Part shown: in pieces, positions 8,408 through 15,099 of the stretch
Numbering within the stretch: position 1 is the stretch's first letter
How the letters are laid out: every line of letters begins with the position of its first letter
Assembly: GCA_963803575.1 (NCBI GenBank)
Contig: CAWDMW010000002.1
Span: 886,389 to 950,388, forward strand
From: an uncultured Alphaproteobacteria bacterium
GTDB taxonomy: Bacteria; Pseudomonadota; Alphaproteobacteria; Rickettsiales; UBA998
Direction: 5' to 3'
DNA length: 64,000 nucleotides
Program-made: the position numbers and the translations under genes
Notes under the pieces: generated by a model
Database searches by the model: none
Told to the model about the DNA's origin: nothing
Seen by the model: only the letters and a program-made list of their open reading frames with translations

Positions 8408-8439
8408 ACGAGGCGCTCTACCAACTGAGCTAATCGCCC
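8364..8439 (-). tRNA. tRNA-Val (anticodon UAC), CCA encoded
   Basis: The reverse complement folds by hand as GGGCGAT-TA-GCTC-AGTTGGTA-GAGC-G-CCTCG-TTTACAC-CGAGG-ATGTC-GGGAG-TTCGAGT-CTCTC-ATCGCCC-A-CCA. That is 76 nt with a canonical cloverleaf and TAC in the anticodon loop. Confidence 0.9.
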
Positions 8440-8473
8440 GCAAGTTCCAGCCATAATGCTAAGAACACTTGGA

Positions 8474-8502
8474 GGCGCAAGAAACACGATTATTCTTGCG
8501 CC
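8474..8502. terminator. 10-bp perfect hairpin between hupB and tRNA-Val
   Basis: ggcgcaagaa (8474-8483) / ttcttgcgcc (8493-8502) with a 9-nt loop. No clear U-tract on either strand, so its role as a terminator is uncertain. Confidence 0.3.
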
Positions 8503-8518
8503 GTCAAGCAAAAAGTGG

Positions 8519-8818
8519 TTACGCAGCTTTGGTATCTTCAAGGTTACCATTTACAGCATCTTTAAGCTGTTTGCCTGGCTTAAATTTTGGCAATTTTGAT
8601 GCCGCGATCTGGATGGTTTCGCCTGTACGAGGATTGCGTCCTTCTGTGGCTTTGCGTTCTGCCACGCTGTATGTTCCGAAGCCTACCAGACGTACTTCAT
8701 CACCATCTACCAGTGCGTTAGTGATTGCTTCACAAAAAGCATCCACGGCTTTAACGGCATCTTGTTTATTGAAATCAGCAATGTCAGCAATTGCTGCAAC
8801 CAGTTCGTTTTTGTTCAT
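8519..8818 (-). CDS. hupB: DNA-binding protein HU (99 aa)
   Basis: MNKNELVAAIA...RNPRTGETIQIAASKLPKFKPGKQLKDAV is a classic HU/IHF fold signature. The true ATG is at 8816-8818; the 201-aa track ORF is an upstream extension. Confidence 0.9.
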   Translation of the reverse strand: MNKNELVAAIADIADFNKQDAVKAVDAFCEAITNALVDGDEVRLVGFGTYSVAERKATEGRNPRTGETIQIAASKLPKFKPGKQLKDAVNGNLEDTKAA

Positions 8819-8993
8819 AGTACAGTCTCCTATAGGGTTTTTGAACGTTATTACATGACGCAGGCGCCATGCCATAGAGTAAGTCGTAGCATAAGCATGG
8901 AAAAGGAACCATGTAAAACGATTTTTGCGTGCTTTAGATAAAAAATCCCATTTTTCAGCTACTTTAGGATTTTCATGCTTCATCTGAAGCAGG

Positions 8994-10238
8994 TTAAGCG
9001 CCCAGTTCCTGGCTTGCCATAGCGGTAGCCTGGCGTTGTTGCAGCACGGCTGCGGTATGGTTGCCAAGCGCGTTTGGATCACGCTCCTGACCTTGCATAG
9101 GCTCAGTGGAAGCACTCGCAGCATCTATGGATGTTGACGGGGTGCGAGAATAGGCCACAATATTATTCTCGCCCTGCATCTTATTAATATTAGCGCCATA
9201 CATAATGTCATTGCGTGTAAGTGTGTAAGCTGCTTCCGCGCCGCCCATTTCCAGTGCAACAGTATCTAGTGTGACCAAACGTGTTGGAACGACTGCACCA
9301 ATATTGGTTTCGTAAGCAAGCTGACGAGATGCATCCAGTAAGCCGGGATGGTATGTCTCTAATAAGTCTGCCTGTTCAAACTCTGCCAGTTCGCTGAACT
9401 TTTTTCCACCCGTTTGAGCAGAGATTTTTTTCTGTAATTCTTTATCGCTGGCTTTAAGAACGTTAAACACGTCAATGGAATTAACGGGCTGTCGATTATC
9501 CAGTTTTCGTTGCATAGCCTCCAGTTCGTCATAGGCTGAATCGTTTGGATCTAAGCCGGTCATAGCTGTCATAGCTTTGTTAGCAACGTTTGAAGCCACC
9601 ATACTACCAACAATTGATGAACCAAGCCATAATGCACCACCTGCCCAACCTACAGGTGTGGCGCTTAATACAGCTCCGGCAACCACTGGCATAAGTGCAG
9701 CTCCTGCTGCTGATCCGCCAAATCCTGCTGCTGTACCGCCAACGCTACGCATCAGTTTCTGGTCAATTTTTTGCACTTCTGTGCGTAACTGTTCCTGATC
9801 CGGACGCTCTGACAGCAAACGCAAATGATCCGCTGTTGCTTCTTCCGGTTTAACGCCAAGCTCTTGTACGATGTCCGCCAAATGAAGACGCGTCAGCTTC
9901 TCCATGGATTTTTCGCTGTCTTTATTGCCACGTACACCGGAGATTAGTAAACTAGCTGCTTTACCGGCTGTACCGATTACAGGGGTTACGCCTAGAACTT
10001 TTGAGCCATATTCTGCAGCAATAGAACCTGTATATTGTACGCCATTAAACACAGCTTCCCCTGCGCCATACTTCACCAGATCGGCTTCAGCTTTGCGCTT
10101 ATCCTGATAAAGCCCAAGCAACTCCTGCTGTTGCAAACGTTGCGGAGCGATGGCGGGTGCAGCCATATGACTGGCATTGACGGCGCCATTAGCCATTGGG
10201 GGGAGTGCTTGTGGATGTGTTAAGGTAGCTGTTGTCAT
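8994..10238 (-). CDS. hypothetical protein (414 aa) with a Gly/Ala-rich double hydrophobic segment
   Basis: Start at MTTATL (ATG 10236-10238), preceded by GGAGGA and 4 nt after the upstream TAA. Residues ~165-226 read VGGTAAGFGGSAAGAALMPVVAGAVLSATPVGWAGGALWLGSSIVGSMVASNVA. No signal peptide and no family recognised. Confidence 0.7.
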   Translation of the reverse strand: MTTATLTHPQALPPMANGAVNASHMAAPAIAPQRLQQQELLGLYQDKRKAEADLVKYGAGEAVFNGVQYTGSIAAEYGSKVLGVTPVIGTAGKAASLLISGVRGNKDSEKSMEKLTRLHLADIVQELGVKPEEATADHLRLLSERPDQEQLRTEVQKIDQKLMRSVGGTAAGFGGSAAGAALMPVVAGAVLSATPVGWAGGALWLGSSIVGSMVASNVANKAMTAMTGLDPNDSAYDELEAMQRKLDNRQPVNSIDVFNVLKASDKELQKKISAQTGGKKFSELAEFEQADLLETYHPGLLDASRQLAYETNIGAVVPTRLVTLDTVALEMGGAEAAYTLTRNDIMYGANINKMQGENNIVAYSRTPSTSIDAASASTEPMQGQERDPNALGNHTAAVLQQRQATAMASQELGA

Positions 10239-10242
10239 GATC

Positions 10243-11913
10243 TTACAATCCTCCAATAGCACGTTGCATGTCCTGCAAACGTCCATCTGGTTGCATGTGT
10301 GTCAGCATGGTTGTGTCTGGTGCTACGTCCTGCGTCACTGTTGCGCCAAGAGCGCCACGTTTCAGATGGTGCTGCGTTTCTGCAATGCGCCCTGATGTGA
10401 TTTCTTCCATTAAGGCCGCTGGCGTAAGCTGTTGTTCAACGTAGTGGTCAGCCAACTTCATCACATCCGGATGCTCAGGCCCTACTTTGTTGAGTGCTGG
10501 TGAACCCATTACTAACAGCAAAGACGCCATATCACCTGTCAGGCGACCACCGTTGCTTTTGTAGGCTTCACGCACGTCATGGTACGTATCCATAAGCGGA
10601 TCATGGGGCATAACACGATCCAGCAATTGTCCGGCAATCATCGGAGCCGCCATGACCATCATCATACCTCCACCCATCGCACTACGATCAGAATAATTAT
10701 TCGCCATCGTTACCGCTATAGCATCACTGACTAATGACATAGCCGCAGCGGGTGCCATCTTTCCAAGCATACCGTCACGGGCACGTATCACCGCTTCGGG
10801 TGCGTTTTTATCAAACATGGCATCAAACATGCCTGCCTGATCGTTACCTGTCATATCCTGATACAGATCGGTGATTTGTTCCATTTTATGGGCAAACTTG
10901 CTGATCGTGCGAATATCACGAATGGCGGCACCTGCATAAAGCGAGCCTTTATACGCCGTTTCGTAGATATTGTGGCTATCCATAACGTTATGCAGCTTGT
11001 CTGGTGCATTGGCAATAGATTCGCCCATCTGATCGCGTCCAAGACGGTTGCTCACAAAATCTCCGGCCTTATCAGCTAATCCTTTGATGCCATCACCAAA
11101 CTTTTCACCGAGTGATGACTCTGTACCGCTCAATGACTCGCCTGCATTATCCAAACCATCCACAATCTTTTGACGTAGTCCGGGAGCTGAATCAGTGGCA
11201 GCGGTTTGAATAAACTCTTTAGCTTCTTGTGACTGATGTAAGTTTTCTAACGTAAGCATACCGCCAGACGCATCTTTTACCACTTCGCTAGCAGACGCGA
11301 GAGATGCTGTTCTTGCTTCCTGCGCTGCTTCCCGAAATTCTGCTCGGGCTTCCTGCAAACGGGTACTATCCGTACGTAGAATGGTAGAAACCTGCTCTTT
11401 CACATGATTTAATGCTTGTGAAGGCAAATGATGCATATCTGACACGTTAGATGCACGAAAAGCGTTAAACGGTGCCATCAAACTTTTGGAAGCAACACCT
11501 AAGCCGTTGCTGATGCCCTGACCTGTGCTGGCCATCTTATCACCAGCATTTTGTAATATCTCTAAATTAGTAAAGCCACCAATGCCACCAACAACCGACC
11601 CACTAACATTTCCAATGCCGCTAATCAGTCCGCCAAACATTTTCGTGACTAATCCGGCAATCATTGGCATTCCGGCAATACGCATGGGGGTACCAACAAA
11701 CGATTGCACACCAGATAAAGCGCCACCTGTTTGTGCCAAAGTCTGGCTTGCACGTGCAACATTGCCTGCTCCGGCAACCGCAGTATTCGCGACCATTGCG
11801 CCCCCTACATTTGCACCTTGCAAGCCAGACATAGCTGTCTTGGCTGCCTGCATCTCTGCTTGAGGATTGGCTGCTAAGGTGTTTAGTACAGTTTGTGCGC
11901 CTGGAGGAGGCAA
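10243..11913 (-). CDS. hypothetical protein (555 aa) with Gly-rich N-terminal and internal Met/Gly-rich hydrophobic segments
   Basis: TTG start at 11911-11913, with GGAG 6 nt upstream. Residues ~31-114 are Gly/Ala/Val-rich (MRIAGMPMIAGLVTKMFGGLISGIGNVSGSVVGGIGGF). Residues ~384-431 read MAPAAAMSLVSDAIAVTMANN..GGGMMMVMAAPMIAGQLL. The middle is helical and charged. Confidence 0.7.
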   Translation of the reverse strand: MPPPGAQTVLNTLAANPQAEMQAAKTAMSGLQGANVGGAMVANTAVAGAGNVARASQTLAQTGGALSGVQSFVGTPMRIAGMPMIAGLVTKMFGGLISGIGNVSGSVVGGIGGFTNLEILQNAGDKMASTGQGISNGLGVASKSLMAPFNAFRASNVSDMHHLPSQALNHVKEQVSTILRTDSTRLQEARAEFREAAQEARTASLASASEVVKDASGGMLTLENLHQSQEAKEFIQTAATDSAPGLRQKIVDGLDNAGESLSGTESSLGEKFGDGIKGLADKAGDFVSNRLGRDQMGESIANAPDKLHNVMDSHNIYETAYKGSLYAGAAIRDIRTISKFAHKMEQITDLYQDMTGNDQAGMFDAMFDKNAPEAVIRARDGMLGKMAPAAAMSLVSDAIAVTMANNYSDRSAMGGGMMMVMAAPMIAGQLLDRVMPHDPLMDTYHDVREAYKSNGGRLTGDMASLLLVMGSPALNKVGPEHPDVMKLADHYVEQQLTPAALMEEITSGRIAETQHHLKRGALGATVTQDVAPDTTMLTHMQPDGRLQDMQRAIGGL

Positions 11914-12146
11914 GGTGAACTCCTATGTTCAAGGTAATATATCAACTATTAGTATACCGCAAAGTCGCTCTATGGTTTAGTGCTATTATATGAAGTTTTG
12001 ATGACGGGCTTATTTGAAGAAATCTAACGTATGTTCTAAAGCAAGAATTCCTTAGAATACATACGAAATGCCAACTCTTGCCATTTCTTGTGCAGCGTGT
12101 CATAGTGCCTAAAAATATTATACTATCTCAATAACAGGTATATTGC

Positions 12147-12551
12147 ATGGAAACGCTTGAAGAACTTTGTCAGCGTATGGGCTTAAAAATGACGGAGCAA
12201 CGCCGCATTATTGCGCGTGTGCTGTCTGACGCAAGTGACCACCCTGATGTGGAAACCCTGTATCAGCGTGCCAGCATTGTGGATAGCAACATTAGCATTG
12301 CCACAGTGTATCGTACCGTTAAATTGCTGGAAGAAGCAGGTATCATTGCCCGTCATGACTTTGGTGACGGCAAAGCGCGTTATGAAACTACGTCTGATGA
12401 CCATCATGACCACCTGATTGACGTACGTTCCGGGAAGATTATTGAATTTACTAATGAAGAGATTGAACGATTACAGGAAATTGTGGCAAAAGAGTTAGGG
12501 TACAAATTGGTAGGGCATAAGCTTGAACTCTATGGACTACCTTTAGAATAA
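12147..12551 (+). CDS. fur: Fur-family regulator, alphaproteobacterial Mur/Fur type (134 aa)
   Basis: TEQRRIIARVL, HPDVETLY, SIATVYRTVKLLEEAGIIARHDFGDGKARYE, HHDHLIDVRSGKIIEF, LELYGLP. It lacks the CxxC pairs, as rhizobial Mur does. Confidence 0.85.
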   Translation: METLEELCQRMGLKMTEQRRIIARVLSDASDHPDVETLYQRASIVDSNISIATVYRTVKLLEEAGIIARHDFGDGKARYETTSDDHHDHLIDVRSGKIIEFTNEEIERLQEIVAKELGYKLVGHKLELYGLPLE

Positions 12552-12634
12552 AGCGTGATAACAGTCATAAATGCCCGCTGCAACACTTAGGGTGCTGTCA
12601 TGAAACTGTCATCATGCGCTGATACCATATAGTC

Positions 12635-13840
12635 ATGAATGCTGTAGCACGTCCAGATACGCTTGTATCAGCGAATGATCGTACCTACGCCAGATTGCAG
12701 GATAACCATCCATCTATGCAAAAAGGCGAAGTAGCTACCGCTGAAGAATCACTGCCGTCTATACGTTTGCAACGGGTCAAGGCGGAAGATAGTAAAGAAG
12801 GTCTGCACATCCCTTTTCTGAACGTATCTGTCGATATGGGGCAGTTTCTAACGCAATATAACTCATTGCGTACCACATGTTACGTGGCTCAGGCGCTCTT
12901 CCCTATCGTAACCAACTATTTTCAGCATCGCCAGGACGGCAATGCTGGCGCGATGTCGCTGACAGATCATCGTCAAGCTATCGTCGATCAATATAATGAT
13001 ACGCCAGTTGATGTAAGCAATGCGGTTATCTCAAACTATTTGAGGGCAGAAAGTACTATCTTTGCTGGTATGGCAGTATCTTACGGTGCAATGGAAGTTC
13101 AAAAATTAATGGAAGACTCTAAAGTTGCGCTCGCACTCGAATATGACAAACCGCAGGATGAAGTGACGCTGGGCGACTTAATGCATTCAGAGAATCCAAT
13201 GGTTCAATCGCATTTTCGCCTGTCTTGCTTAAAGAACGCTGTACGAGCCGTTAGCGGTTCCGGGTTTGCATTCAATCTGGAAGCGGGACTTGTCGGGATT
13301 GCTGTTGATATTGGTTTGGAACGTACCGTATTTGCAGCAAAAACCAGCTATGACAAGCTTAAGCATGTGATTAATCATGCACAAACTAACGCGCATTCAG
13401 GCAATGCTGCATGTGAAATAATGGCCAATGATTTGCAGGAAGTAATGCAATTAATGCGGGAAAATCAGGGGAAAGTACATGTATGTCAGCATGACATGCT
13501 GAAACTCCGTGATGTCACCGAAATGATTGCGGATGACGTCTTAAAGCAGGTGATGAGTATTGAAGATATGATCGCAGTGATGGGGGGAGGGATCATCAAC
13601 CCTGATGATCCGAATCAGTCTATGGAAAACTATCAGGTGTTTCGTTCGCAAAAACTACAATCTCCTGACGTGTGTCATCGTATATTGGAGCAACCGTCTC
13701 CCCCCTTGCCTGTAGCACATGCCGCTTCACCGGAAATTGCTTCACCGGAGGTGAGCCAACATCGTCATGAATATCGTGACAAGCTCATGAATGACCGAGC
13801 CAATTTAAATCATTTTGAACCTATTACCTATTATCGTTAA
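12635..13840 (+). CDS. hypothetical protein (401 aa)
   Basis: Long ORF with only a short shadow overlapping it. No signal peptide and no recognisable family. No obvious RBS at 12635, so the start is uncertain. Its last ~85 codons and 3' flank form repeat copy A. Confidence 0.6.
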   Translation: MNAVARPDTLVSANDRTYARLQDNHPSMQKGEVATAEESLPSIRLQRVKAEDSKEGLHIPFLNVSVDMGQFLTQYNSLRTTCYVAQALFPIVTNYFQHRQDGNAGAMSLTDHRQAIVDQYNDTPVDVSNAVISNYLRAESTIFAGMAVSYGAMEVQKLMEDSKVALALEYDKPQDEVTLGDLMHSENPMVQSHFRLSCLKNAVRAVSGSGFAFNLEAGLVGIAVDIGLERTVFAAKTSYDKLKHVINHAQTNAHSGNAACEIMANDLQEVMQLMRENQGKVHVCQHDMLKLRDVTEMIADDVLKQVMSIEDMIAVMGGGIINPDDPNQSMENYQVFRSQKLQSPDVCHRILEQPSPPLPVAHAASPEIASPEVSQHRHEYRDKLMNDRANLNHFEPITYYR

Positions 13841-13969
13841 GCTGCAAATGTATAGCAGCCAGTGTTTCACTTAACGGTGAAGCATACACTTTTCTTTCTC
13901 CAACAACTGAACATGCAAAACGTTGTCATTCTCGTTTTTATGCACTCTTAAACAGGGCTTAGTAATAAT
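13577..13969 (+). repeat. repeat copy A (full length): segment P 13577-13619 plus segment R 13871-13969, with 251 nt of unique sequence between them
   Basis: Hand alignment to 14704-14851. P has 3 mismatches and a 1-nt indel in ~43 nt. R has 4 mismatches in 99 nt. Confidence 0.85.
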
Positions 13970-14133
13970 CATGCAAGAATGTGGCTGTATGGATTAATCC
14001 TACTGTAGCGGCTGGCGGAATCTGGTGGGTTTCTAGTGAGCCTAGCAGCCGGGTGCAGACCCAGCGTTTTTAGCAATTCCATTGTTGACATGGTTTCTGA
14101 AACGGAAGAAAGCGAAGCTAGATTAGCAACCAT

Positions 14134-14180
14134 AAATAGATAAATAGCAGGGTGTTATTACCCCTGCTATTTATCTATTT
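14134..14180. terminator. 19-bp perfect hairpin overlapping the stop of the amidase fragment
   Basis: aaatagataaatagcaggg (14134-14152) / ccctgctatttatctattt (14162-14180) with a 9-nt loop. The stem is AT-rich with a GC cap and has no clean U-tract. It is a candidate bidirectional terminator between convergent genes. Confidence 0.4.
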
Positions 14181-14722
14181 AACGCTGTTTCTGGTTTTCG
14201 TACATCCGGAGTTACGGGTGGGGTGAAAGATGTGTCTATGGCAACATCCTGACCAGCAGGATTTACGGAAGAAGAGTTGGATGCTGAAACTTGAGATGTT
14301 TCCTGTTGATATCCACGTGTTTTAGCAAAAGAAGCAATACCTTGCGCTACGGCATTACTATATTGATCAATAAAATCAGGATGTTGAATTTTTTTCAAAT
14401 CTTCGGGATGATCAACAAATCCACCTTCAAGAACAATTAAAGGGCGATCATCTGCATTGTGATCTTTAAAAGCGGTTAATTCTTTCACGGCCGTTTGACT
14501 CTCATGCTCAATACGGCGTACATCGTAATTCTGTGATTTTATATTAGCACCAATCGATTTAGCTAATGCTTCGCTGCCTTTGCCATCACCAAAAAATATT
14601 TCTAATCCCTTTGCCTGACCTTCATGCATGTTATTATGTACAGTAATAAAAATAGCTGCGTCTATGTCATTCGCATGGGCTACACGCTTGCGTATTTCGA
14701 ATGGTAATGGGGGAGGAATCAT
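14171..14722 (-). pseudogene. N-acetylmuramoyl-L-alanine amidase (amidase_3 family), 5'-truncated
   Basis: It retains RVAHANDIDAAIFITVHNN...GLEIFF...PLIVLEGGFVDHPED, the second half of the amidase_3 core. The N-terminal GHGG/Glu metal-ligand block is missing. Its ATG and first ~6 codons lie inside repeat copy B. Confidence 0.6.
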
Positions 14723-14851
14723 TAACCCTGATGATCCGAATCAGTTTGCTGTTTAACGGTGAAGCATGCATTCTTCTTTCTCTAACAACTGAACATGCAA
14801 AACGTTGTCATTCTCGTTTTTATGCACTCTTAAACAGGGCTTAGTAATAAT
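14704..14851 (+). repeat. repeat copy B (deleted version): P' 14704-14745 joined to R' 14753-14851
   Basis: Direct repeat of copy A that lacks the 251 nt between P and R. The junction reads cagtttgctgtttaacgg. Confidence 0.85.
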
Positions 14852-14986
14852 ATAGTACGACACCATACCGACCATTAAGGCAAACGCAGCACTAAAGAGA
14901 AATTTTGGTATGTGTGACAAGAGCGTTGTTATATCATCATCATTATTCTTTGAACTTTGCATTTGCTTGGTACCACCTATCATCAC
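14753..14986 (-). other. 77-aa chimeric ORF, possibly the orphaned N-terminal membrane anchor of the disrupted amidase
   Basis: The first ~45 aa are unique and hold one TM (FLFSAAFALMVGMVSYYII). The last 33 aa are encoded by repeat R', and the same reading frame exists in copy A. Confidence 0.25.
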
Positions 14987-15099
14987 AATACTTTAAAGAA
15001 TGTATACTGTACAAACAATAGATTGTTGCTCTATTAATATTCTGGATGACATTTGCAAAATGCTTGCAAAGCCTAGTTATTCCCTATACAGCAGAATCT

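Noticed and set aside
8519-9124. 201-aa track ORF covering hupB
   Set aside because: Only the last 99 aa are HU. The upstream 100 aa overlap the 3' end of the 414-aa gene and the promoter region. The conserved MNKNEL start at 8818 is the real one.
10243-11913. Phage tail tape-measure protein as the identity of the 555-aa Gly-rich protein
   Set aside because: The composition is reminiscent of one. However, there are no phage structural, terminase, portal or lysis genes anywhere in the window, and the gene is flanked by fur and hupB. I cannot exclude it without a profile search, so it is listed as a refutation route.
12034-12057. Fur/Mur box in the fur / 555-aa gene divergent promoter
   Set aside because: Only an imperfect palindrome (ttctaaag-caagaattc-cttagaa) is present. 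It does not match the canonical 19-bp Fur box by eye, and I cannot recall the Mur-responsive consensus well enough to score it.
13970-14130. Possible SRP RNA, tmRNA or other known small RNA in the non-coding spacer
   Set aside because: I could not find the conserved SRP helix-8 motifs (GGAA/AGCA arrangement), a tRNA-like acceptor or a tag-peptide reading frame. Only weak local stems are present. It is kept as a low-interest note only.
13577-14851. Possible CRISPR-like or tandem repeat array
   Set aside because: There are only two copies, of unequal composite structure (43 + 99 nt), with no regular spacing, no short palindromic units and no cas genes. It is better explained as a duplication/deletion scar.
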